A DNA stretch of 64,000 nucleotides from Balamuthia mandrillaris (taxonomy: Eukaryota), in assembly GCA_031835245.2 (NCBI GenBank), contig JAVKOQ020000027.1, positions 248,001-312,000 on the forward strand, written 5' to 3'. The notes beneath the pieces were generated by a model, which was given only the letters and a program-made list of their open reading frames with translations, ran no database searches and was not told the origin of the DNA. The position numbers were made by a program, and so were the translations under genes. Positions 1-11,449 of the stretch are shown here, piece after piece; position 1 is the first letter of the stretch; each line of letters begins with the position of its first letter.

Positions 1-353
1 GAGAGAACGAGGACTTGCGGCCACTGTTCCGAAGACACCCCGATCCCTACCGTGATACAAAAGCTCATTTTTGTTTAGGGAACCAACATATGCTGCCATA
101 CCTCCAGTCGGCTCGTTTCACGCTTCATGACCGTCTCATTTCCTCTTTCTATTGCTTTGCTGTTTGTACTGATTGTCCTGTTTCTTTGTGCGATTCTTCG
201 TCATCATCTTCCTTCTCTTCCTCCTCGGACACTTCCACTTTATCCCTCCTGCTCTACTCCAATCAGCCAACCGATTCATCCGGAAGGAATGCTATTTCCT
301 ACGAAACCTTTTGGTGTTGGTGCCTTCTTCTTTCCCAATATTTATTCCTTTAA
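1..353 (+). CDS. 3' end of an unknown protein gene (runs in from the window edge), Ser-rich linker and hydrophobic C-terminus
   Basis: Frame open from position 3 to TAA at 351-353; ends ...SSG...FWCWCLLLSQYLFL, followed by an A-rich spacer. No family recognised. Confidence 0.35.
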   Translation, partial: ENEDLRPLFRRHPDPYRDTKAHFCLGNQHMLPYLQSARFTLHDRLISSFYCFAVCTDCPVSLCDSSSSSSFSSSSDTSTLSLLLYSNQPTDSSGRNAISYETFWCWCLLLSQYLFL

Positions 354-403
354 AAAGAAACAAAAAAAATAAAAAAGTTGTTCTTTTCAAAATAAAAAAA
401 GAA

Positions 404-475
404 TTCCGCTGCCGGGAATCGAACCCGGGGCGGGTGGGTGAGAGCCACCAATGTTGCCAACTACACCACAGCGGA
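404..475 (-). tRNA. tRNA-Glu (anticodon CTC)
   Basis: Reverse complement TCCGCTGTGGTGTAGTTGGCAACATTGGTGGCTCTCACCCACCCGCCCCGGGTTCGATTCCCGGCAGCGGAA. 7-bp acceptor stem, anticodon arm GGTGG-CTCTCAC-CCACC, GGTTCGATTCC B box, downstream oligo-T terminator. Confidence 0.95.
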
Positions 476-596
476 AGTTATTGTTTAGGACACCTAAACT
501 GCCTCTCACAACAGTTAAATTATCGAGAATAATCCAGAAAAATCCCCAACTTTTTTTCTTTTTTCCGTAAAGCGTAGCGAACACATCAGACGGGAG

Positions 597-1498
597 ATGA
601 GCGCGGCCGCAGCGGGAGGAGAAAGCAAGAGGGACAAACTGGTGGTGAAGAACGTGTCAGGTAAACATTCATTCATGTGAACCCTCCTTTTTTTTATTTC
701 CACACTGGTGGGAGCGGGGGTGTGCACTGTGATGATGATTTTTGAAGCCACAGCGTTGAAACCTGCAGTCGATTGATGGCACTTTTTTTTCTGTAGACAG
801 GCTCCACAGCAGGTGCTGGCAGCGGAGACTTTCACACCTATCGTAACTTGCGAAGAAAAGAGCTTTTCCGCCAACAACGCATCGAGGAAGAGTACAAGCG
901 GGTAACTTGGTCCTTCCTCTTTGTTTCTCTGCTTTTCTGCTTCTCCTCCTCTTTCTCTTTCCTCTCTTTCGCTCTTTGCTTATCTCGTTGTGGCGAAAAG
1001 AGGGTAGAGCAGGAAGAGTTTGAGAGACGAAAGAAAGAAAATGAGGCGCTCGCCGAGGCCAGAACTGCCAAGAAGAGGGAGAAGCGACTTCGCCTGAAGC
1101 AGCGACAACAGGAACGAGAGGAACAACGCAAAAAAGAGCAGCAGCTCAAAAGAAAAGGTTTTTGTTCTCTCTCTCTCTCTCTCATCATTTGATGTCTTAA
1201 TGTTTCTTTTGTATGTTTTATTCTTTCAGCTGAAGAGTCAGATAACAACGGAGACACAACCAACGACACAGCAGAAGGAGGAGCACCTACAAAGCGCGCC
1301 AAGACCACCGATAGTGAAGTTGAAGCTACAACAGAAGAGAATGAAAGTAAAAAACAAGAAGAGTCAAAGAAAGACGAGACCCACAACAAAAAGAAAAAGC
1401 ATAAGCGCGGCAAGAAGCGCTCCAAGAAGAACTACAAAGCGAGCAGCGACAACAACCACGCAATCCAAGCAGTCCCGCAACAACAAGCAGGACAATGA
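597..1498 (+). CDS. PRKRIP1: PRKR-interacting protein 1 homolog (DUF1168, spliceosomal C* factor), 4 exons
   Basis: Splicing intron 661-800 gives VKNVSGSTAGAGSGDFHTYRNLRRKE, the family signature, followed by a coiled-coil EEFERRKKENE...RTAKKREKR. Confidence 0.88.
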
Positions 1499-2097
1499 CA
1501 AGCTGATGACTTTGCCTTGATGCGCAGTAAACTTTTCTTTTTTTTTAAAGAAGGGATTCCATCCTCATTCCTCCTTCTCCTAGGCTTTGTTTCCTTTCGA
1601 AAAGAAGAGAAACCTGGTGCCAAGAGAAAGCGAAGGAACGAGAGAGGAAAGAAAATAAATCTATGTGCATCCCCGACATGAGGCGAACTCATTCGGGAAT
1701 GTAGCAAGTCCAAGCCCAAGCCAAGGCCCAGCCCCAGAAGTTGTTGTTGGACTTGGTTGGTCCGGCCCACCTATTTGAGGAGAGAGGACACCAGGCTTTG
1801 GCTTGTGGGATGGGGTCAGCTGGGGGGGGGAGAAAAAAAAAGAGAAGAAAAGTTGGTTGGTTGTTGCTTCGCTTAAAAGTGGACCCTGTGGAGAAGAGAG
1901 AGAGAGAGAACGCGAAGAAACCTACCGAATGGTTGGCCCTCGTTCAAGGACCAAACGGCAGCATTTCTGGCTACGTTTTGATCCTGGCTGAAACAACGTG
2001 TACCTTGATACCAGGCAATGGAGTGTCCAAACGGAGGGAGGAAGTCGACAGGAATGAATTTTTGTCGACATTCCTTGCATGCCAAGCATATTTGTAA

Positions 2098-3205
2098 ATG
2101 AAAGAAGCAGCAAACAAAAAAATGGCAGAGGAAGAGCTGGAGGAAGATTTTATGTTGGCGCAAGCGCTGGCGCTTTCCATGGAGGAGGCCAATGCAGCTG
2201 GTTCAGCTTCAGCTGCAGCACTCACGTCTTCAACCACCACGAATGCCGCGTCCGAAACAAACAGCAACAACACTTCTACACCCGCTTGGTCTTCGTCAGC
2301 TTCTGCTTTGCCTCCTCTTTCCTCGTCGCAAGCAACGAACAACCAACAAGAGATTGCTGACTTTTTCTTGAAGCTGCTGCCATCGGCTCTAAGCGCAGTC
2401 ACACAACAACAACAACAAGCACAACCACCGCAAGAAGGAGCAAAGTTGGTACGAGGCTCTATATTGCTTCTCTTCTCTTTCTCTCAACACTCGGCCTTTC
2501 CTAACTCTCTTCCACACACACACTCTCTCTCTCTCTCTCTCTCTCTCCCTCTCTCTCTCTTTTGGTCTCTTCGTTTTTCTCCTCTGTAATAAAAAGGTAC
2601 TCTGCGTTCGGACTGACTTGAAGATGACGACCGGCAAGATAGCCGCGCAATGCAGCCACGCGACACTAGGCTTGTTCGTCCTTTTCTTTTTTGAAACTTC
2701 TCTCTCCGCTTTGTCCATATTTTTGTTCTCTCTTTCCACTGATCTTTATTTTTTTTCTTCATGTTTTAAAGGTACAAATACGGGAAGAAGCACCATAAAG
2801 AGTTGATACGGTTGTGGGAGGCTGGAGCTACCCCAAAGATTGCTCTTCGCATTCGCAACGAAGAAGAGATGTTAGCTTCTTATCCTCTCTCTTTCTGTTG
2901 TGTTTCTCTTTTCTCTTGTTGCTCGCTTCTCTTGACCTTTCTTGCTCATTCTGAATGCCTATGCCACAAACAGGATGGCATTGCAAGCTCAAGCTTCGTC
3001 ATTGGGACTGCCAACACACATTGTGTCGGATGCTGGCAGAACTCAGGTGGAACGAGGCACCAGAACGGTTCTTGCCATTCTGGGTGAGTTGCAACTTTTT
3101 TTTTGGTTTGTTAGCGAGCTGAACTTTTTTTTTCTGTTTGTCACAACAAACTTAGGCCCAAAGTCACAAGTGGATCAAGTAACTGGACAGCTGCGGCTAT
3201 TGTGA
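2098..3205 (+). CDS. PTRH2: Peptidyl-tRNA hydrolase 2 with N-terminal UIM-like motif, multi-exon
   Basis: VRTDLKMTTGKIAAQCSHA, WEAGATPKIAL, SDAGRTQV..GTRTVLAILGPKSQVDQVTGQLRLL are PTH2 motifs. The N-terminus has EEDFMLAQALALSMEE (UIM consensus). Confidence 0.9.
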
Positions 3206-3362
3206 GAGAGAGAGAACAAAGATTGTTTAAAAGGCGTTTTGTTATGTCTTTTGTTCAACAGTTTCTTCTTTCTCACTGGAAGTGGTTGTGATGGAAGAAG
3301 CAGGCAACGACGGCATCAGCAGCATCGAGAATGAACGACGTCCGGCTCTACCACCACCAGCC

Positions 3363-3965
3363 TTATTGTAGACAGTACCGAACAGCGAGGAAGGAAGACA
3401 CATATCCCACCGCGCTGGTGACACTATCCAGAATGGAGCTGCTGCTGCTTGTGCTGCTCCGTATAACGCCCAACTTATTTCCTCCACCAAATCTGAATGC
3501 AAACAAGTCAGAAGAAGAACAAGCAAGAGAGGAGAGGAGAGAAGAGAATGCGGAAGATACCAGCACTGGTGGGTGTGTCTTCGCAAGGTTTCAGGTTAAT
3601 GACCCAGTAAGTAGGCTGTCTCAAAGGCAAAACCTTTCGAGCTAACGACAACAATCCCCCTCCAGCTGGTTTGCTGTTGGCGGTTGTTGTTATAGTGGTA
3701 GAAGAAGAGAAAACAGGAGCGGAAGAAGAAGCATCAGGAAGAATGCGTTGGCGCACGTTATTGGTTTGGTTGTTAAGAGGAGAAGCGTTGGGATAAAACA
3801 TGGAGTGAAGGGACGGGTGGTTGGTTATGTCGAATAGTGGAAGAGAGAGCTGGACGAGCGGCTCTATTGTGGATAAGAGCACATCAACTGTGCGTAATGG
3901 TGGGTAAGGAGGAAAGGCCACCGCTATAATGCCACAGAGTTAGTAAATACAAGATAAGAACACAT

Positions 3966-3996
<31 letters not shown>

Positions 3997-6900
3997 AAAC
4001 AAAACATGGAACAAGAAAAGAAGACAAACCTGGCAAAGGAAGATCGCCAAGACTCTGAAACAAAACATCCACTAGATCCAACAGAGTTAGAGAAGGGTTC
4101 AAAAATGCAGACGGCGAGTGTAACGCGTTTGGCAGAGAGAAGGAAGCTAGTGCAGCATTGGATGCGATAAAGAACCGCATGGCGCACAGTAGAGCTTTCA
4201 CAGAAAGCGGTTCTGGTTGTTGGAAATGGGTGTAAACGGTTGCTATGGAGTTTCCTTCCAATGTTGAGATGGAGAGTTGAGTTGGAGGAGATAGAGAGCG
4301 GAAAAAAGCGGAAGAAGAGAGAAGAGGGGAGGAGGAAGACGTGATGGAAGAAGAGGATGAAGAGAGATTGCGGCGGTGGTGATACCGCTTGCTCATGGGA
4401 GAAGCAGATGGAGACGGAGCATTCTTTTTCTGTTGTTGTGAAGATAGAGGAGGAGACGAGGAAATAGAAGAAAACGATGATGCCAAAGAAGAAGGCGCTG
4501 AAGAAGGAGTAGATGCAGAAATAGAACTGTTCTCTTTCTCCAAAATAGGTGCTGATGATGAAATATCATAAAACGAATCGCCGAAGTCGTCCTCTTCCTC
4601 CTCTTCTTCTTCCTCCTCCATCAAAGCTTGAAACTCTTCTTGTTCATCCTCCCATCTTTCAATCCTTTCGCAAGCATGTTTGATGAACAGAAGAAGATGA
4701 AAACGAAGCTTGGAGAGGCCATTTGGAGTTTGGTTGAAGTGATCTTGTGGTGTATTTTCGCTTCCATCAAACGAATTCATGTTTTCGGTAGAAAGCCGAA
4801 GAGAGAAAGGAAGATGTTGAAGCAAAGCAGGACTATGATGGTGAAACATTTGTTGTTGATACAGTTTGGCATCTTCATTGTTGTTTTTATCTTTCGAGGT
4901 AACAGAGTCCAAACGTTCCAACTCACGAAAAGTAGTGGAGAGAATGTGATGCAAGTTTCTGGTAGGAATGTTGGGAAGAGGAACTGCGTTTTTGGCAGCA
5001 TCCAACAACACGCCCGAAGATTTCACGTTTTCTCGTTCTTCCTTCTCTTCTTGTTCTGCTTCGCTTGGTTCTCTGTATGGGTGATCGTCATGATGTTCCA
5101 ACATGTCCTTTAACGCCATCATATCAATAACTCCTGGACTGTCTATTTGTTGATGTTTCCCTTCTACATCTTCTTCTGCTTCTTTCTTCTCCGCTCCAGT
5201 TTCTTTGTTCCGTGCCAGGAACATGTTGTTGGGGCTATTTGGAACCACAATCTTGTCGTATGCTGTTGAAGGTATGGTTGTGTTTGTTGTTCTTGACTTG
5301 TTGTCACGAGTGCTGCTGAGCGAATAAGAAGACAAGATCGTGCTGTGCAATAGCTTCAACAACTTGGAGCAAGAATACTTTCGTTCTCCTATAATATCAA
5401 CCGATTGTTGCAACAGCATTTTTCTTGCTGGATCCATTTCTTCTTTTTCTGGGTCGAGTTGTTCTTCGATGATGGCATGAGCCACCGCAAAGTACTTTTT
5501 GTTCTCGTCTTTCTCTTTTTCGCAGATGCTGATGTCTTGATTTTGTTGTTGCTGCTGAGTTTGTCTATTTGGGAGAGCAGAGGATGGCAGAACGAGAGAA
5601 GACGAAGAAGAGGGGACAGCCCCTAAACTGTATTGCCGAGATATCAAGGAGCCACGTCTGGAGATATCTGGCTGAGGTAGAGAAGAAGTTGATGCAAACT
5701 TGATGCGGGAGAGGAAGTTATCCGAGGAAGAATCTTTGTTCTTTTGCTCTTGATTTAGAATAGCATCTTCCGCCTCGTTCTATTTGCATTAAAGATTCGT
5801 TTAGAACAGGAAAACAAAACAAAATAAAATGAAAAGAAACGAAAGAAGAAAACAACTAGCAAAAAAACCTTTTCGAGGGATTTCTTTTTGTCAACAAGAT
5901 CACGCGTGACATACCGCAACAGGCTCACTCGCTTGTTCTCATCAATACTTCCAACAGATGAGGTTGATGAGCCATAATGAACATAGTTATAGTAACGATG
6001 GTCGTGCCTATGCACCCTCTTCTCGTTGATGCGTTTACGAGCAAAGTCCCAAGCAAAAGTGTAGAGAGCCTGGCTGGTTAGCACTACGACGCGCTCCTGT
6101 GCTTGTCCCCTAAAGTTGATTTTGTTGCATATCCAACCTTGCAAGAACTCCTCTCCCTTGTGGACATGTCCTTTGAGACACTCGTTGATAGCATCTTTAA
6201 GCAGTTCGTCCTATTTGGTTTTAAAGACGGTCAAAACAAACGAAAAAAGCAAACGAGAACAAAGAGATAGAGAAACAAACGGGTTGATGGAAGCAAGGTT
6301 GTCGAAGGATCCATTTCAAATGGTCAACGTGACCATTTCGAGTGTTCACAGAGCAAGCCGCCTCCTTCAAACACTGCAACCGTTGTTCCCTTCGTTCATG
6401 CTCCTCTTCTCCTTCCTTCCTCCCAATTGCTTCTTCTCTCTCTTTTTGTTTTTGTTGAGGTTGCGGAGGACAGAAAGAAAGCAAAGAAGCATGCCGTAAA
6501 ACTTGAGCTATCTCTTCTGCTGTGAAACATCCTCCCCTCTTTGCCTCTGCCCAAACGCAATGCACGTGCAAAGTATTTCTCGTCATCGTCTTCTTCTTGC
6601 TACTATTCATTGTAGCCTCCTTATTCTCATTCTCTTCTTCGCCGTTGTTTCCATCATCACCGATAGTGAACGTTTCTTCTCGTATGAAACAAGTCTTTCG
6701 AGAAGCATCGCTTCCTGGAACGTTCACCAATAACACTGCTTGCACTACCGCTTCCATTCGTTCTTCCTTTCGCTTCTCTTCTTCATTCTCGTGAAACACG
6801 AGACGAAATGCTTCCACCAAAGGACGAAAGGAAAACCTTCCTCCGTCAAAGCAAAAGTGAAAGAGAGCTTCCTCATGTTCGTTCCAATCCAACGCTCCTT

Positions 6901-7852
6901 CTTCAAACGACTCCCAATCGACTGCCAACGAAAGCATCGACAAAGAAGAAGAAGAGGCAGAGGCAGAAGAAGAACATGAAAAAGGACATGAAGAAGAAGA
7001 AGAAGAAGAAGAAGAAGAAGAAGAAGAAGGCGAAGAGAGCGAAGAAAGACGCGAGGCGGCCCAAGGCAACAAACGATGTTGTGCGATTCGAACGTACCGC
7101 TCGGCGCGAAGGGCGGAAGCCCGCGCCGCCAGAACCGGAAGATGAGAGAGGAGAAAGGCCCGCAGCTTCCTCCGTGAGAAGCTCCCAAAACTGCCATCCA
7201 GACTGAAGTTACCACTCAATTTCAACGTCGTCAAACTTGTCTCTTCTTCTTCTTCTTTTTCTTTCCTCTCCTCTCCTTCTTCTTCTCCTTTTGAAGAAGA
7301 ACTGAAAGAGGAGGAGGAGGAGTGAAGCCACTCGAACTTGTCTCTCGAGCGAAGGTGACGTTTGTCCTCGTTGACGATGAGAATGCGAGTCGGTCCCGAG
7401 GAGGTTAGCTGTCGACTAGCCTCCGCCGCCGACGAGCCTCCACAAATCTCCTCGATGACGCCCACCGCTCGCTCCAACACGAAATAGCTGCCCCAAAGGC
7501 GCAGGACGTGAAGCCCTTGAAGGGGCCGTCGAACCTGTCTCTCCAGAAAAGAGGGCCAGTCGATCTCGATGCGAATGGAGGCGGCGGGAGTGGCCGAGGA
7601 AGAAGAAGAGGAGGAGGAAGAGGTGGAGTCCACATGGGAAGCAGGGCGAAGCGCTCGCTGAAGACGTTGCTCAAAGTAGGGCAGGTAGAGCGTCTCTATC
7701 TCCGCTCTTTGGCGCTGTTGCTCGCGCTCCTCTTCGGTGGCGCTCTCCTCTTCGCCATCAGCTTGCCCTCGCGGCGTCCGTGGTTGCCCCCATGGAGAGC
7801 CACACGAAGGAGCAGCGCTGCGCTGCTCCTCCTCCTCTTCGTTTTTGTTCAT
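3363..7852 (-). CDS. Large low-complexity protein with an hSac2 (TPRG1/INPP5F-type) domain; 3' end approximate and possibly more than one gene
   Basis: ORFs 6221-7852, 5755-6144, 3884-5647 and 3508-3921 are separated by intron-like tracts. GEEFLQGWICNKINFRGQAQERVVVLTSQALYTFAWDF resembles the hSac2 core (GW...E/KI....ER.LLLT...L....YDF). Confidence 0.55.
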
Positions 7853-8450
7853 CTTTGTTCTCTCTCTTCTCTCTCAACTGTATTTTTTTTGAGTTTGGGT
7901 TTATCCAACTATTCAACAAAACCCCAAAAGGCAATTAAAAGGGGTTCTTCTTTATAGCAGCACTATTTTTCCTACTAATACGACCGACCACCCGTGAGCG
8001 AGTGGCGGCACCCGCGCGAAAAGAGGGTGAAAAAAGTCAGTCGGGTGTCACGCATGCACACGGAGAAAAACACTTTCGGTCTCCTCCTCCGCCTCTTTGG
8101 ACAACAACCAACAAAACAAAAGAATAAAAGGGTGAGCACCTTTTGTCGCGTTGGCTTATTGGATGAAGTGAGTGAGTTTGCCCCGTGTAGTTTTGCTCTT
8201 CCCCGTGAGAGTAGTTTGTTTACTCGTTGGTGAGGGACGTCGTCGAACAGAGCGAAGAAGCTGTGCGCGTTATGCCTTACGTGTTTGGTTATGTATGGCA
8301 AGGGTTCATAGCGCGCCAGCCTGAAGTGATACTCGACTTGGTTGTGGCTGTCTGTGAGCACACCAAGGGCCTCGTGGAGGCGCGAGAGAGTAACTGAGAG
8401 TCTGTGAGACGGTCCAGAGAGGGGAGAGAAGGGGTTTTAAGGTTGTCAGA

Positions 8451-8538
8451 GTCCACCCGCCAAGACTCGAACCTGTGACGTGTTGGTCCCCTCTACAAAA
8501 ACCAACCGTGTGCAAAGCCAACTGACCAAAAGGTGGGC
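8451..8538 (-). pseudogene. Degenerate tRNA-like sequence (tRNA pseudogene or SINE head)
   Basis: Reverse complement has acceptor stem GCCCACC/GGTGGAC (1 mismatch), A-box-like TGGTCAGTTGG, stem GTTGGT/ACCAAC with an oversized 13-nt loop, and B box GGTTCGAGTC. Confidence 0.6.
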
Positions 8539-8700
8539 ACCCAGCTTTAGCGCACGTTCAGGGGGTAGTCGTCAGATTTCCGTCAGAAACAGCACGATCC
8601 AAAGTGATCCATCGATCGGGACATTGATTTCCAATTGGGTAAGCCAACGTAACGCTTGCCGTACGCCGAGAGAGGAACGAGAACGGGAAGCGTGTTGGCC

Positions 8701-9495
8701 ATGGAGGACCTTCCCAACGAACTGTTGTCGCTCATTCTGAGCCTGCTGCCGGAGGACGCCGTGGCCGTGGCCGCGCGCACTTGCAAGCGGTGGTTCTCCT
8801 GCTGTCCACCCCACCTCCGCCACAGGCTCTGGGCGAAAACGGCCTGCCGCTCCCTCTCCCTCTTGCAATGGTCCCTGGCCAACGGCTACTCCATGGACGG
8901 CGGGACCTGCGAGGCGGCTGCCCTCCACGACAACTGGGAGGTCCTCCAATGGGCTCGTCAGCAGGGATGCCCCTGGGACAACTGGACCACCAACCAGGCC
9001 GCCAGGCACGGCAACCTTCCCCTGCTGCAATGGCTCAGGGAGCAAGGCTGTCCTTGGGACCAAGGCACCTGCATTAATGCCGCCCTCAACGGCCACCTGG
9101 AGGTTCTGCAATGGGCTCATGAGCAAGGTTGTGCTTGGGACTTTTGGACTTGTTGTGAAGCGGCTTGGAATGGACACCTGCACGTCCTGAAATGGGTCCG
9201 TAAGAAGGGATGCCCTTGGGACGTGAGGACCTGCCACATGGCTGCCAGAAGAGGACATCTGGAAGTGCTGAAATGGGCGAGGAAGAAAGGATGTCCTTGG
9301 AACGAGGAGACCTGCAAGAAAGCGGCGGAGGGAGGACACCTGGAGGTGTTGAAGTGGTTGAGAGAGAATGGGTGCCCTTGGGATGGCTCGGTGCGGAAGG
9401 GAGCGCTTGCTTATGGTCACAGGGCAGTGGCCCAATGGGCTGAAGACAATGGATGCCCCGTTGAAGCAGAGGATGAAGATGAAGATGAGGTTTGA
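8701..9495 (+). CDS. Intronless F-box-like plus ankyrin-repeat protein (GCPWD-type repeats)
   Basis: MEDLPNELLSLILSLL...ARTCKRW (F-box-like), then about 7 repeats of TCxxAAxxGHLEVLxWxRxxGCPWD. Confidence 0.9.
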   Translation: MEDLPNELLSLILSLLPEDAVAVAARTCKRWFSCCPPHLRHRLWAKTACRSLSLLQWSLANGYSMDGGTCEAAALHDNWEVLQWARQQGCPWDNWTTNQAARHGNLPLLQWLREQGCPWDQGTCINAALNGHLEVLQWAHEQGCAWDFWTCCEAAWNGHLHVLKWVRKKGCPWDVRTCHMAARRGHLEVLKWARKKGCPWNEETCKKAAEGGHLEVLKWLRENGCPWDGSVRKGALAYGHRAVAQWAEDNGCPVEAEDEDEDEV

Positions 9496-9574
9496 CAAAC
9501 ACATGCACCGACCGCCAAAGGAGACGCAGTAATGTTTTGAAAAAGAAGGGAAACAAACGTTTGAGTTTTCTCTC

Positions 9575-10452
9575 CTAATAGTAAAGTTTGATGAGCTCAT
9601 CAGAAATGGCAGAGGGAGTGAGCACGCCCAAGTCCGTGAAAAGGAGGGTGATGTATTGCGGTGGCGTGTAGTCCACCATAGGATTTTCCACCTGTTCAAA
9701 ACAAAGCAAAACAAAAAGTATGAGAACAGGAATGGCAAGGTCAAGTTGAAAACAACGCACGTTCACTTCCGCAGGCAATGTCTCAGCACCAGGACAAGGA
9801 ACAAGAGGTTTTTGAACTCTCTTCGAGTCAGGAAGATCACTTTGGCTGGTAGGATACAACCGCGTGAATTTGAAGCTTTCTGCAGCTACGTAGAAGGGTT
9901 TCTTTAGCTCCTTTGCCAAAATGGACAATCCATATGTTCCGATCTGTAAAGGTTATATCATGCGTTTTTGTGAGAACAAGAACGTAAGAAAGACAAGAAG
10001 AAATCGAGAAAAGAGACACGATAGGAGATTTCAAGACGCAGATAAGAAGGCGGATAGGAGAGGGGAAATACTAACCCTGCTTACAATGCCGCCGTTCTCG
10101 ACAACGGCCTCGGCGCCCACAAGTACAAAGTTAATCCGATGCATAATATGAGCAACGGCATTGTCTGTGGTGAGCGTTACGGGAATGCCTGCCTCCTGTA
10201 AGCGCCTTGCTGTCAACGTTCTAGTTTTTTTTTGAGCATAAGTTTAATATGCTTATTGGTGTCGGAGAAGGAGGACGGGCTTACCCAACGGCATCAGGCC
10301 GCGACTCGGAAACAACAACGGTAAAATGCTTGTGGAAAGACTGAGCTCGAAGAAGTACAGCCAACACTACCCGAGAGAATCCGTGAGTAAGAACGACCTG
10401 TACAGGAGAAAGAATTAAGCAACAAAGAAATGCAAGCCTAAGGGGATGAGAT

Positions 10453-10492
<40 letters not shown>

Positions 10493-11395
10493 AGATGTGA
10501 CAACAAATACAAACCAAGCCGTCATGCATAAACCTATCTGCAAGTGCTCCTATCTTGGAGCGGCTCAAAAGTGCCTTCTCTCTAAACGATTCACCTCGTT
10601 CAATCAAACGGCTTTTGCACTTCTCAAAGTCCTTTAAGAGGCAAAATAGGTCAGAGTATGAAGACGGAAGAAAGAAAGCAAACAAGGAATGTGAAATTGG
10701 TGTTTGTTCTCAGAGACAATCAAAGCATTCACGGTGCAAAAGTTATAACACTGAGGAAACAAATGAGCAAAAGAAAGAAAAAATAGAGTAGGAATTCGTT
10801 TGTGCGAATAAGCTCTCTATCTTCTCCTCCTCCTTCCCTTTTGCTCCCTCCTTTTACACTCAGGCATAGTTTTAATCACTGAACAAACAAATGCAGGAAA
10901 AATATCTAGAGAAACAGCAAAAGAAAAAACACAAGACAAAGCAAGAAATAAGAATAAGAAAGCATACGGTTATGTTCTCAACGGTACGTGTAACAAAGAG
11001 TGTGAAGAGAGCGCAACCAGATGACAAAGAGATAGAAGTACTGCACTTTTGGAGTTGAATAGCAGCCTCCCTTAATTCCAGTTGAACCTCGTACATTGTA
11101 TGGGCTACGCGAAAGAATAGCAAACCACATGAGGAAAGAGAGAACCAGAGAAACAGAGACGAGGGAGAGATGAGAGAGGAAGGAGAGAGAAAAGGAGAGA
11201 CGAGATAGGCTGTAAAAGAAGGGAGAGAACAAACTGCTTGCACAAACCTTTGCTAACTTTGATGACCTCGGTAAGGATTGTGATTGCGGCCACCGCCACG
11301 GGATAGTCAGGGTTTTGACGGAGCTCCTCTTCAAATCGTCTTATGACTTTTAGCCAGGCAAAATAATAAGGTGAGCATAGCGATTAATAAATGGT

Positions 11396-11449
<54 letters not shown>

